From assembly GCA_963705305.1 (NCBI GenBank), contig OY970067.1, positions 4,704,001 through 4,768,000 on the forward strand: a DNA stretch of 64,000 nt, read 5' to 3'. The notes under the pieces are model-generated. The model ran no database searches. It was not told where the DNA came from and saw only the letters and a program-made list of their open reading frames with translations. This DNA comes from an uncultured Methylomirabilota bacterium. Lineage in GTDB: Bacteria > Methylomirabilota > Methylomirabilia > Methylomirabilales > 2-02-FULL-66-22. Both the position numbers and the translations under genes were made by a program. This document shows, piece after piece, positions 18,944 through 28,658 of the stretch; positions within the stretch are counted from its first letter, which is position 1, and the number at the start of each line of letters is the position of its first letter.

Positions 18944-19777
18944 TCACTCTGCGGTGGGCCGGCCGCCGGGTCGGTACCCTTCCAGATCGAGGACGACGTA
19001 CTGGTACCCCGCCGCCTTCACCGCCTGGACGACGTCACGGACGACCTCAGGCTTCAGAAACTGCCCCCACGCCTCCGGCGGAGCCTCGATCCTGGCGATG
19101 GCCTCGTGGTGCCGCACCCGGACGTCGAGGAAGCCCAGCCGGTGAAGCGCAGCCTCTGCCCGTTCGACCTGCCCCAGGCGCTCGATCGTCACCGGAACCC
19201 CGTGCGGGATCCGCGAGGCAAGGCACGCCATGGCGGGCTTCTCCGAGGTCGGCAGCTCCAGCCTCCGGGACAGCTCGCGAACGGCCGCCTTTGTCAGTCC
19301 CGCCTCCACGAGGGGGCTTCGGACCCCGTGCTGCCTGGCGGCCTCCCGGCCCGGGCGCAGATCCCCGAGATCGTCCCGGTTGGCCCCGTCCGCCACGCAG
19401 GCGTACCCCTCGCCCCGCGCCACGACTTCCAGCCGGCTGAAAAGCTCGCGCTTGCAGTAGAAGCACCGGTCGGCGAGGTTCGCCACGTAGCCCGGCTGAT
19501 TCATCTCCTTTGTCTCGACCCAACGGTGGCGAGCCCCCAGGCGGCGCGCCAGTTTCTCCGCCGCCTCGCGCTCCTCGGCGGAGAGGCTGGGCGAAACGCC
19601 GGTGACCGCGAGCACATTGTCTCCCAGCACCTGCACCGCGACCGCCAAGAGAAACGTGCTGTCCACCCCGCCGGAAAATGCCACCAGGACCCGCCCCATC
19701 TCATGCAGTACGCCTCGCAGGCGCTCATACCGGGACTCGAGATCCGGCGCAATGGCAGCCACCGCGGGTGACGTCAT
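18944..19777 (-). CDS. larE: LarE-family ATP-dependent sulfur transferase
   Basis: AFSGGVDS PP-loop, DRCFYCK, DDLGDLRPG, KPAMACLASRIP, RVRHH..IARIE, DLEGYR. Confidence 0.9.
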   Translation of the reverse strand: MTSPAVAAIAPDLESRYERLRGVLHEMGRVLVAFSGGVDSTFLLAVAVQVLGDNVLAVTGVSPSLSAEEREAAEKLARRLGARHRWVETKEMNQPGYVANLADRCFYCKRELFSRLEVVARGEGYACVADGANRDDLGDLRPGREAARQHGVRSPLVEAGLTKAAVRELSRRLELPTSEKPAMACLASRIPHGVPVTIERLGQVERAEAALHRLGFLDVRVRHHEAIARIEAPPEAWGQFLKPEVVRDVVQAVKAAGYQYVVLDLEGYRPGGRPTAE

Positions 19778-20403
19778 GGCCCCGGCCTCCTTTCCTCTTC
19801 AGTCAACTGTACGATCGGCTCCAGGGATGCGACCTCCGGAAGAACGAAGAACCTCCCCGTGATGTGGCTCTCGGGATCCTGAATGCGTGCCTGGATCACC
19901 AGGACCTCCGAGGCCTGCAGGCCCAGCGCCGTCGTCATCTGCTGGATCAACTGCGGGATGTTCTCCACATGCATCTGCGGCGGCGACGGCATCAGGCGCC
20001 GACCCACCAACTCGCTCAACTCGGTAAGAAACCCAGACGCCAGCACATTCCCGACTTCCTCCACCGCCGACCGCTCCAGCATCGACAGGGACCGCTGCTC
20101 GTTCGACCCCCCCAGGAGGGTCCGCAGCATCCGGAAGATGGTCAGCATCGGAAAGAGGATGATGATGTGGCCGGCTCCCTCGCCGGTGATTTGAAACTGC
20201 AGCGCGACGACCCCTCGGTTGCCGCTCTCTTGCAGCAGCGCGGGGAGGGCCGGAACGGGCAGGCGAAGGACGTCGGACAGCTCCAGGCGCACCGGACGGG
20301 CGAGGAGGGCCTTCAGGGACTCCCCCGCCTGGGACAGGCTCCGCTCGCTCAGGGCCCAGAGCTTCTGCACTACCGCCGGGTCGATCCGGCTTGCTTGTTC
20401 CAC
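19774..20403 (-). CDS. cheC: CheC-family phosphatase
   Basis: ERSAVEEVGNVLASGF (S-x3-E-x2-N) in second repeat, first repeat degenerate; PSPP; directly after cheA. Confidence 0.8.
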   Translation of the reverse strand: MEQASRIDPAVVQKLWALSERSLSQAGESLKALLARPVRLELSDVLRLPVPALPALLQESGNRGVVALQFQITGEGAGHIIILFPMLTIFRMLRTLLGGSNEQRSLSMLERSAVEEVGNVLASGFLTELSELVGRRLMPSPPQMHVENIPQLIQQMTTALGLQASEVLVIQARIQDPESHITGRFFVLPEVASLEPIVQLTEEERRPGP

Positions 20404-20474
20404 GACCGGCCCCCACCCTCAGCCCGTCCCGCCCCTCCCGCAGAAGCGCATCAGACTCGACGCGTGGACCCGCC

Positions 20475-22472
20475 TCAGAGCGTGTTGGGGTCCAGAATCA
20501 GCACCGTGCTGCCGTCTCCCAGTATGGTCACGCCCGCGTATCCCCGCACGGTCTTCAGGGCCTTATCCAGCGGTTTGACCACAACCTCACGATATCCGAC
20601 CAAGCGATCGACGACCAGCCCCACGAGCCGCCCCCGCATCTCGCACAGCACGACCAGGCGGGAATCCGCGGGGGCCGCCTCCGGACAGCCGAGGATCTTG
20701 CGCAGCTCGAGCAGCGGCAGCAGGGCGCCGTCCCGGGCAATCATCTCCTGCCCCTGCGCCCGCTGGATTTCGCTGCCGGCAACGGACAGGGTCTGCTCCA
20801 CCGAGGACACCGGGATGGCATACCGCTCCCCGGCAATTTCGATCAGCAGCACAGCCACCACGGCGAGTGTCAGCGGGAGCCGGAGGGTGATGGTGCTGCC
20901 CTGATCGACGACCGACTCGATCACCAAGCTGCCGTGAAGCGACTCGACCGCGGTCCGCACCACGTCCATTCCCACCCCACGCCCGGAGACATCCGTGACC
21001 TCCTTGGCCGTACTGAACCCCGGCAGGGTGATGAGTTGGAGCGTGTCGGCGTCCGACATGGCATCGTGCTGCTCCCGCGTGATGACTCCCCGCTCCAGGG
21101 CCACGCGTCGCAGGATTGCCGGATCCATCCCCCGGCCGTCATCGCTGACCCGGATGACGACCCCCTCCCGTTCTCTGGCCGCCTCCAGGCGAACCGAGCC
21201 CGTGGGAGGCTTCCCTTTTCGCACCCGCTCCTCCGCCGCCTCGATCCCATGGTCGATGCAATTGCGGAGAATGTGCAGGATAGGGTCCGGCAGCTCCTCC
21301 AGGATGGCCCGATCCAGCTCGATCTCCTTGCCGATCACGTCGAAGTTCACTTCTTTGCCGCGGCGCCTCGCCAGGTCGCGAACGGCGCGGGGAAAGCGGT
21401 CGGCGATGAGCTCCAGCGGCATCATGCGGAGCTTCATCGCCTGCTGCTGCAGCCCGCGAACCAGCGTATCCACTCTCCCAATGCTCTCGCGTAGCACCTG
21501 CGACTCGATAGTCTGGCCGCGCTCCACCAAGCTGCCCTTGGCGGTCACGAGCTCTCCGACCTGATCCATCAGGTTATCCAGCAGGCGGGTATCCACCCGC
21601 ATCATCGTCGCCGAATGGACCCGCCGGGCGGGCGGGGGCGCGGCCGCCGGCACAGCCGGAGCCGCCTCCGCCGCAACGGCCGCGCGAGGGGCGACGGATC
21701 CCGGCGCCGGAGGAGCCGCCGCCTGCCCGGACCGCGTCTCCGGAGGGGCTGGCTGCGGCCCTAGCTCCGCGGGACGGACAACCACCGAGACCACGTCGGG
21801 GAGACTGCCCAGGAAGGCCTTGAGTTCCTCCGCCGTTCGGGTGGTGCCGATGAGCATCGAGAGGCCACCGGAGAACTGCCCGGCCTGTACCTGCTCTATC
21901 GTCGGGGCCGACCGAAGGACCTCGCCCAGTTCCCGGACCCGTTTGAGGGTGATGTAGGCGCGTGCGGAGGGCAGGGGAGCATCGCCCGTGATCTGGATCT
22001 CGACGGCAAACTGCGTCGCGCCCGGTGGAGCAGGGACGGATTTGACGGCCGCCACGGGAACATCCGCCGTCACGTCCGGGAGCGCTGGCGCGGTTGCCAG
22101 CAGGTGCGAGGCCATCTTGGCCACGTACTCGTCGGACTTCAGCGAGGGCGGCTGCCCCGCGGCGATCTCCTCCACCGTCCGTCGCAGGAGATCCACCCCC
22201 TCGAACAGGAGATCGATGCCCCGGCGCTCCAAGGCCCCTTTGCCTCCGCGAAACTGATCCAGGTAATCCTCCATCCGGTGGGAGACCTTGGCCAGCTCCT
22301 CGTACCCCATGGATGCCGACATGCCCTTGATGGAGTGAGCCTCGCGGAACAGGTTGTCGATGGCTGCGCGATCCGCCCCGTTCTGCTCCAGCTGGAGCAA
22401 GAGGCCATCCATGCGCTGCATCCGCTCCTGCGACTCGCTGACGTACATCTTGATGTACTTCGACATATCCAT
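20475..22472 (-). CDS. cheA: chemotaxis histidine kinase
   Basis: FREAHSIKGM Hpt, MRVDTRLLDNLMDQVGEL, HILRNCIDHGIE, DDGRG, PGFST, SGRGVGMDVV, C-terminal CheW domain. Confidence 0.97.
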   Translation of the reverse strand: MDMSKYIKMYVSESQERMQRMDGLLLQLEQNGADRAAIDNLFREAHSIKGMSASMGYEELAKVSHRMEDYLDQFRGGKGALERRGIDLLFEGVDLLRRTVEEIAAGQPPSLKSDEYVAKMASHLLATAPALPDVTADVPVAAVKSVPAPPGATQFAVEIQITGDAPLPSARAYITLKRVRELGEVLRSAPTIEQVQAGQFSGGLSMLIGTTRTAEELKAFLGSLPDVVSVVVRPAELGPQPAPPETRSGQAAAPPAPGSVAPRAAVAAEAAPAVPAAAPPPARRVHSATMMRVDTRLLDNLMDQVGELVTAKGSLVERGQTIESQVLRESIGRVDTLVRGLQQQAMKLRMMPLELIADRFPRAVRDLARRRGKEVNFDVIGKEIELDRAILEELPDPILHILRNCIDHGIEAAEERVRKGKPPTGSVRLEAAREREGVVIRVSDDGRGMDPAILRRVALERGVITREQHDAMSDADTLQLITLPGFSTAKEVTDVSGRGVGMDVVRTAVESLHGSLVIESVVDQGSTITLRLPLTLAVVAVLLIEIAGERYAIPVSSVEQTLSVAGSEIQRAQGQEMIARDGALLPLLELRKILGCPEAAPADSRLVVLCEMRGRLVGLVVDRLVGYREVVVKPLDKALKTVRGYAGVTILGDGSTVLILDPNTL

Positions 22473-22478
22473 GACAGA

Positions 22479-23147
22479 CTACTCCGCGATGAAGGCCAGC
22501 GCCCCCTCCCGGGAGGCCATGGCCGCTCGACACGCCGCCCGGATCTCGGCGGCCATCTCGCCCAGGGGCACCATGCGATCGGCGAGGCCCGACTCCGCCA
22601 GCGCCCGCGGCATTCCGTACACCACGCACGTCGCCTCGGACTCGGCCAGGATCAGCCCCCTGCGGGCCTTGATGGCCCGCGCGCCCTCGAGCCCATCGCG
22701 CCCCATCCCGGTCAGCACCACGCCGACGGTCCGAGCGCCAAAGGCCTCTGCCATGGACAGGAACAGTTCGTCCACCGACGGCCGCACGCCGTGCCGAGGC
22801 GGCGCGTCCGTCAGGAGCGTCCGATACGCCCTGCGCGAGGCCCGCTCCACCACCAGATGCCGGCCGGCCGGAGCGAGGTAGAGCCCGCCCGGTGCGACCG
22901 TCTCGCCGTCCTTCGCCTCCCCGACCGGGAACACCGCCACCTCGGCCAGGCGACGGAGCAGGACCCCCGTGAACTTAGGATGGATGTGCTGGACGAGAAA
23001 TGCGTACGACGTGGCGGGAATCTCGAGCTCCGTCACCAACTTGAGGAGAGCCCTCGGGCCTCCCGTGGAGGCTCCAATGCAGAGTCCGATCGGTGCAGTC
23101 GTCCGGGATCGAGGCCCAGCGCCCGGCGACTGCCCATCGCCGGTCAC
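22479..23147 (-). CDS. cheB: CheB methylesterase, catalytic domain only (no receiver)
   Basis: GASTGGP, VQH, PSVD.LF, LTGMGRDG, VVYGMP; GTG overlaps cheY stop (GTGA). Confidence 0.88.
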   Translation of the reverse strand: MTGDGQSPGAGPRSRTTAPIGLCIGASTGGPRALLKLVTELEIPATSYAFLVQHIHPKFTGVLLRRLAEVAVFPVGEAKDGETVAPGGLYLAPAGRHLVVERASRRAYRTLLTDAPPRHGVRPSVDELFLSMAEAFGARTVGVVLTGMGRDGLEGARAIKARRGLILAESEATCVVYGMPRALAESGLADRMVPLGEMAAEIRAACRAAMASREGALAFIAE

Positions 23148-23560
23148 CGCTCCTCCCCCTCGCGCCGGTAGGGCGACAGGGGCTGGAAATGGTCGTCGAG
23201 GCCGAGCACGCTCTGGACGACGCGGAGGACCCGAGCCGGCTGAAAGGGCTTGACGATGAAATCCCGGGCGCCCGCCTCGATGGCCTCGGCAATCAGGGTC
23301 TCCTGGCCTAGCGCGCTGCACATGATAACCTTGGCGGTTGGATCAACGCCCATGATCTCCTTCAGCGCGGTGATCCCATCCATCTGGGGCATCACGATGT
23401 CCATGGTTGTCAGGTCCGGGCGAAGCTCTTTGAACAGACGGACGGCTTCCACTCCGTTCTCGGCCTCTCCGGCAATGACGAACGGCTGGCGGGCAAAGAT
23501 GTCGCGGATTATGCTCCGCATAAAGATCGCATCGTCCACGACCAGGATCTTGATGCTCAC
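23144..23560 (-). CDS. cheY: CheY response regulator
   Basis: VVDDAIFMR, MDIVMPQMDG, CSALGQ, FIVKPF. Confidence 0.93.
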   Translation of the reverse strand: MSIKILVVDDAIFMRSIIRDIFARQPFVIAGEAENGVEAVRLFKELRPDLTTMDIVMPQMDGITALKEIMGVDPTAKVIMCSALGQETLIAEAIEAGARDFIVKPFQPARVLRVVQSVLGLDDHFQPLSPYRREGEER

Positions 23561-23608
23561 CCGTACCTCCCGACCCGGGCACTCGTGAGCGCCCCTCGGG
23601 TCCCGGAA

Positions 23609-24145
23609 TTACACGACGCCCCAGTTCTCGATTGAGAGTCCCCACTCTTCCTGGAAGCGAGCAAACACCCGGGACAGGTCCAGCAGGCCGATCACCCGAC
23701 CCTCCAATTCGAATACCCCTTCGAGCGCTCCCGGGCTATTCTCCCGCAGGGGGGGCGGTTCGATGGTGGAGGGGGCGATTTCCCAAACCTGGCCGATCTC
23801 CTGAACCGCCAAGCCGACCGACAGGTCCGGATCGCCTAGGTCCAGCACCACGGCGTGGGTGACGGGGCGCATCCCCGGGTCAAGGCTCAAGCAGCCCGCC
23901 AGGTCGAACAGGGCGAGAATCCGCCCCCGCAGATTCAGCATGCCCAGAATCTCCGGGGGGGCATTGGGTACCCGGGTCACCCGTTCCAGACGCTGGACCT
24001 CCCGCACCCATTGGATGGGGAGGCCGAACCACTCGTCGCAGGCGCGGAACAGGATGATCCGGCGGAGCTCCTCCGGCGGCGTCTCCGCCAGCGCCTCCGG
24101 TCCGAGCGGCGCCAGAACGCCTTCTCGATCCTCAGGCCCCGACAT
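23609..24145 (-). CDS. cheW: CheW coupling protein
   Basis: [26 protein letters not shown]. Confidence 0.9.
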   Translation of the reverse strand: MSGPEDREGVLAPLGPEALAETPPEELRRIILFRACDEWFGLPIQWVREVQRLERVTRVPNAPPEILGMLNLRGRILALFDLAGCLSLDPGMRPVTHAVVLDLGDPDLSVGLAVQEIGQVWEIAPSTIEPPPLRENSPGALEGVFELEGRVIGLLDLSRVFARFQEEWGLSIENWGVV

Positions 24146-25400
24146 TGAAGCGCGCCACCAGGGTCTTGAGCTTGTCCGCCAGGCCGCTCAGCTGCTGCGC
24201 CGACTGGGCCATCTGCTCCATGGAGGCCGTCTGTTCGGTCGTGGCCGCCGAAGCTTCCTGGGTGGAGGCCGCATTGTCCTCCGCCACCTTGGCGATCTCG
24301 TCGATCGTCTTCACCAGCTCCTGCGCACTCTGGGTCTGTCGGTCGGTGAGGGCGGAGATCTCCTGCACCTTCTTGACCTGGTCCACCACCACGCGGACGA
24401 TCTCCTCGAGGGCGTCGCTGGTGTACGTCAGTCCCTCGCGGCCGGAGGTGATCTCCCCCGTGGCCACCTCCATGGACGAGCCCACCCGGACCGTTTCCGC
24501 CTGGACCTGGCGAATGATCTCGGCGATCTTCTCCGCAGAGCTGGCCGCCTCGGTGGCGAGCTTGCGCACTTCTTCCGCCACCACCGCGAAGCCGCGACCC
24601 GCCTCCCCGGCCCGCGCCGCCTCGATGGTGGCGTTCAGCGCCAGAAGATTGGTCTGCTGGGCGATCTTGGTGATGACGTCCACAATGGTTCCGATCTGTT
24701 GGGTCTTCTCGCTGAAGCCTTTCACCCCGCCCGCCGCCCCTTCGATGATCGTGAAGACCTGGCGCATCTTCTCCATGGCTTCACGGGCGGACTTGCCGCC
24801 CGTCTGCGCCGTGTACCCTGCTTCGGACGCGGCCTCGGACGCGGCCTTGGCCCGCGTGGCGATCTCGGTGATCCCGCGGGCCATCTCGCGCATGACGTTG
24901 GAGGTCTGCTCGATCAGGCTGGCCTGGTGCTCCGCCCCTTTGGCGATCTGCTCGACGGTGGCCGCAATCTCCTCGGTCGAGGCGTTCATTTCCTCTGCCG
25001 ATGCGGACAGGGCCAGGGCGGAGCTCGTCACGGCCTCCGAGGTCGTCTTTACTTCCCGTGCGATCTCCCGGAGGCTGCCGACCATCTGGTTGAAGGTCGT
25101 GGCCAGTTCCCCCACCTCGTCGGTCGTGTTGACGGGGACATCGCGGCTCAGATCCCCCTCCGCCACTGTCCTGGCGGTGCTGACCAGGGAGCGGATCTCT
25201 GTGGTCAGGCTCTTGGACATCACGAACGCCAGAACCATGCCTGCGAGAATCGCCATCATCCCCGTGATGATCAGGATGTACTCCGGGGGGATGAACCGCT
25301 GCAGGCCGATGGAGAGCAGCCCGGACAGCACCACGGTCGCCAGGATCACCAGGAGAAATCCGGCGTACAGCTTCTTGCCGATGGTCGCTGATGATTGCAT
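24132..25400 (-). CDS. methyl-accepting chemotaxis protein lacking a periplasmic sensor (2 adjacent TMs + HAMP + signalling domain)
   Basis: [54 protein letters not shown]; about 8 residues between TMs. Confidence 0.95.
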   Translation of the reverse strand: MQSSATIGKKLYAGFLLVILATVVLSGLLSIGLQRFIPPEYILIITGMMAILAGMVLAFVMSKSLTTEIRSLVSTARTVAEGDLSRDVPVNTTDEVGELATTFNQMVGSLREIAREVKTTSEAVTSSALALSASAEEMNASTEEIAATVEQIAKGAEHQASLIEQTSNVMREMARGITEIATRAKAASEAASEAGYTAQTGGKSAREAMEKMRQVFTIIEGAAGGVKGFSEKTQQIGTIVDVITKIAQQTNLLALNATIEAARAGEAGRGFAVVAEEVRKLATEAASSAEKIAEIIRQVQAETVRVGSSMEVATGEITSGREGLTYTSDALEEIVRVVVDQVKKVQEISALTDRQTQSAQELVKTIDEIAKVAEDNAASTQEASAATTEQTASMEQMAQSAQQLSGLADKLKTLVARFNVGA

Positions 25401-25480
25401 CGATCTCCTCCCCGGGATCCACTCGATACACTCGCACCTGGCCTAGAAAACCAGCGGGCCCGCGCCTGAGCGTGCACCGT

Positions 25481-25540
25481 ACCTTACCGTAGCCCGATCA
25501 CCTTCGTCAAGCGGAAACCCCCATTTTCACACGGGGTTTC
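25481..25540 (-). promoter_or_regulatory. putative promoter of mcp-che operon with upstream inverted repeat
   Basis: TTGACG (25505-25510)-N18-TAAGGT; GAAACCCC-N11-GGGGTTTC at 25514-25540. Confidence 0.4.
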
Positions 25541-25579
25541 TGAATTCGATCCGCATGCATCCCGATTCCGGCCGTCGCA

Positions 25580-26437
25580 CTAGACCCGTTTCCGGTACAC
25601 TCGCTCGCCCACGTCCACCGCCTCGAACAGCCGGTGGGTGGCTCCACTGAGCCCTTCGACCTTTCCCAGGACCAGAAATCCGCCGGGTTTGAGCGCCGCA
25701 TGGAGTCCGCCCAGCACGCGTTCCTGCAGCCCTTCCGTCATGTAGATCAGGACGTTCCGGAAAACGATCAGGTCCAGGCGGCCGAATGGGGGCGGATCCA
25801 GAATGTTGTGAGTCCGAAAGTACACCAGGCGACGCAGCATGGGCCGCACCTGGTACATGCCGCCGACGGCCGTGAAGTAGCGCCGCCTCCAGCGCTCGGG
25901 AACGTGGACGAGGCTCCCAGCCGGATACCGGCCCTCCCGGGCCTGCCGCAGGCAGTCGGGCTCGATGTCGGTGCCGTAGATGGCGCAGGCCGGCTTGCGG
26001 ACGGTATCCGGCAGCACCTCCAGGAAAAGGATGGCCAGGGAGTACGCCTCCTCCCCACAGGCACACCCGGCGCTCCAGACGCGCAGGAGTATTTCCTCCG
26101 ACCGGATCTTCTCGGCCTGAAGAACGGGGAGCACCCTGCGGCGTATAGCCTCAAAGGCCGTCGGGTTCCGAAAGAATTGGGACACGTGAATGGTGAGGGC
26201 CTTGACCAGCCGGCCCCGCTCGACCGGATCCCGGCTGACCAACCTGAGGTAGGCCCGCAGCTGGGGAGCGCCGCAGGCCCGCTGGCGAACCGCAATGCGG
26301 CGCAGGATGCATTGATCCTTGTAGAGGTTGAGGTCGATCCCGCCCGCCGCCACCACCAGGTCCCGAAGCTTGACGTACGCCTCCGCCTCCAGCTTCGCGC
26401 GCAGGGTGGATGCCGACCGTTCGCCTGTTGGGGCCAT
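25580..26437 (-). CDS. cheR: CheR methyltransferase
   Basis: LTIHVSQFFRN, WSAGCACGEEAYSLA, GTDI, RNVLIY, LKPGGFLVLGKVE. Confidence 0.92.
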   Translation of the reverse strand: MAPTGERSASTLRAKLEAEAYVKLRDLVVAAGGIDLNLYKDQCILRRIAVRQRACGAPQLRAYLRLVSRDPVERGRLVKALTIHVSQFFRNPTAFEAIRRRVLPVLQAEKIRSEEILLRVWSAGCACGEEAYSLAILFLEVLPDTVRKPACAIYGTDIEPDCLRQAREGRYPAGSLVHVPERWRRRYFTAVGGMYQVRPMLRRLVYFRTHNILDPPPFGRLDLIVFRNVLIYMTEGLQERVLGGLHAALKPGGFLVLGKVEGLSGATHRLFEAVDVGERVYRKRV

Positions 26438-26501
26438 GCTCTCGTCCCGGCTCGCTTTGGGGGGACACCCGGCAGTCCCCCCGCAGGATGACGAACGGCG
26501 C

Positions 26502-26936
26502 CTAGCGTTTCTTGGGCAGCTCGGGCTTGGCCCCACGCGCCTGCCCGGTGCCCACCAGGGGATTGGCCTGGGCGTCCAGGCCGGACACCACCCGAAGATT
26601 CTGCTCGAATTCCTTGAGGCGGGCCATCTCCACCTTCAGCCGCCCGAGCTGCTCCGCCTGGCCTTCGAGGAGTGCGGCGAGCGAGCGGTTCTCGCGCTCG
26701 AGATACGCGATGCGGGCCAAGTCCATCTGCCCCCGGAACAGCCGCAGGATGGCGGCCGCGGAGCCGAACAGCAACACCAGAATAAGCAGGACGGCGACGA
26801 GCAGTACGCGCTTGGACACCCGGAGTCGATGCATGCGCCCGGATTCCGTGAAGGCCACGATGGTCACGGACCCATGCAGCGGCCGCCCCGGGCGCCCTCG
26901 GCTGCTGCGGCGAGGAGTTCTGGCTTCCGCGGCCAT
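26502..26936 (-). CDS. hypothetical membrane-anchored coiled-coil protein
   Basis: beta-hairpin-like N-terminus, one TM helix, coiled coil (LERENRSL...LKEFEQNLRVVSGL). Confidence 0.65.
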   Translation of the reverse strand: MAAEARTPRRSSRGRPGRPLHGSVTIVAFTESGRMHRLRVSKRVLLVAVLLILVLLFGSAAAILRLFRGQMDLARIAYLERENRSLAALLEGQAEQLGRLKVEMARLKEFEQNLRVVSGLDAQANPLVGTGQARGAKPELPKKR

Positions 26937-27159
26937 GCGTGCCTCCTTCTCCAGCGGCGCCGGGAACGCGTTCGAAAACCCGGCGGAGGGCGAAACCGCT
27001 CCGGGATGCCGCTGGCGTCGGCTCAAACAGGGGAATGAACAGGACCGGGCTCGCCCCCGGGACGCAGCGCCTCCACCGCCATAGGCTGCAAAACGGATCC
27101 GTCCGCGTCAAGCGCCATTTGCTCGTTGTCTCTTCCCGCCAGTGAGGCTATCGGCCTCA

Positions 27160-27445
27160 CAGGCGGCTAAAAACCCGTCACCTTCCAGGCTGCTCAAAAA
27201 GGTCCAGATGTCCCTCGACTTCGCTCGGGACCGTGAGCGGTTCGACTGTGCTCACCGCCCTGAGCTTGTCGAAGGGCCTGTCGAACGGCAAGGCGGCGCG
27301 CCGGGTACCCGTCCGCAGGATGGGTGCAGGCGCGAGGCGTACTAACGGGTACCTCGCAGCGTCGCGGGAGCGCGCGGGGTACCCGTCCGCAGGATGGGCA
27401 CCCATCAGATGGGTACCCGGCAGATGGGCCTTTTTCAGCAGCCCG
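27160..27445. mobile_element. MITE-like element with nested REP-like palindromes
   Basis: imperfect TIRs GGCTGCTCAAAAAGGTCCAGATG (27188-27210) and CAGATGGGCCTTTTTCAGCAGCC (27421-27443); internal palindromic units; 22-bp direct repeat at 27303-27324 and 27377-27398. Confidence 0.7.
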
Positions 27446-28612
27446 CTACAGGCCCACCTGGTCCAGGTCCGCCAGCACCTGCCGCCGGATGGTGTGCACG
27501 TCCGGGAGTGTCCGCGCCAGACGTCCCGCCGTCAACAGGGGCTGCAGCAGGGGAACCATCTCGTGATCGCAGCATCTCGGGGTGGCGCCGCCGGCGGGCA
27601 GTACCTGGTTCCGGGCGCAGCGCGGGCAACGAAAGACCGCCTTGCGACCCGACATCTTCCCCCGCTTGGCCACCGGATGGCCGTCCACTTCCACGATGTC
27701 CATGGCGAAGTTCAGCACCGGGGCGTTGCTGATGGACGTGCCGATGCCGTACGCATCGGCCACGCTGTTGAGGCGCAGGATCTCGTCCTCGTCCAGGCCT
27801 CCACTCACGAACAGCTGGACATGCCGGAACCCCCGGAGATCCAGCTCCCACCGCACCTCCCGCAGAATCTCCGCCAAGTCCCCCCGCCGCGACGCGGGCG
27901 TATCCAGACGAACGGCATACAGGTCCGATCCCAGGGCCTCGGCCACACGGACAGCTTCGACCTTTTCGTCCCCAAAGGTGTCGATCAGCACGACCCGTCG
28001 CACGGCGCGGTCCACGATCTCGTGGAAGGCTTGCGCCGCCACCACCGTGTCCCCTAGCATAAGGACCAGGGAGTGTGGCATGGTCCCGCTCGGCTCCACC
28101 TGCAAAAGCTCCGCACTCTTCACCACGGCCACCCCGACGCAGCCCCCCAGGAATGCGTTCCGCTCGATCATGGGCGCGAGGACCGGGTGCATGCGCCGGG
28201 CCCCGAAGCTGATCACCGGGCGCCCCGCCGCCGCCTTGGTGCAGCGGGCGGCCTTGGTGGCCACCCCCGACGCCTGGCAGAGGACTCCCAGCAGGGCCGT
28301 CTCAAATTGCGCATAGTCCACATACCGGCCTTCGATCGTGAGGACCGGCTGCATGGTCCCGAAGATCGTCCCCTCCGGAAAGGCGTGCACGGTGACGGGG
28401 AGCCCGCGCAGTAAGGCCGCCGCCTCTTCGATCCCCGCCAGGACGCCCCAGCCCCACCCGGACGGAAAGCTCTTCAGGACCACTTCCGCCACGGCATGCT
28501 TGGTGACCCCGCGCGCCCGCAGAATTTCGAGAGTCCGCAGGAAGTACACGTCGGTGATCTGCCCTTCCCGAATCTCCCGCTCCGTCGCTGTATGGAATCG
28601 TGGCTCAATCAT
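27446..28612 (-). CDS. pncB: nicotinate phosphoribosyltransferase (short archaeal-like type)
   Basis: TDVYF, FGARR, GTMPH, LIDTF, VRLDTP, SGGLDE, GIGT, AKRGK. Confidence 0.9.
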   Translation of the reverse strand: MIEPRFHTATEREIREGQITDVYFLRTLEILRARGVTKHAVAEVVLKSFPSGWGWGVLAGIEEAAALLRGLPVTVHAFPEGTIFGTMQPVLTIEGRYVDYAQFETALLGVLCQASGVATKAARCTKAAAGRPVISFGARRMHPVLAPMIERNAFLGGCVGVAVVKSAELLQVEPSGTMPHSLVLMLGDTVVAAQAFHEIVDRAVRRVVLIDTFGDEKVEAVRVAEALGSDLYAVRLDTPASRRGDLAEILREVRWELDLRGFRHVQLFVSGGLDEDEILRLNSVADAYGIGTSISNAPVLNFAMDIVEVDGHPVAKRGKMSGRKAVFRCPRCARNQVLPAGGATPRCCDHEMVPLLQPLLTAGRLARTLPDVHTIRRQVLADLDQVGL

Positions 28613-28658
28613 CAGGGTCCCGTCCCCTCAGGTGCGCCCGGCCTGGTGCGGGCGCTCC

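Noticed and set aside
25514..25540. GAAACCCC/GGGGTTTC inverted repeat shared with 61433-61496
   Set aside because: 8-bp match with very different spacing and context; likely coincidence
27303..27398. 22-bp direct repeat pair as a possible mini-CRISPR
   Set aside because: Only two copies, lying inside a TIR-bounded element, with no cas genes
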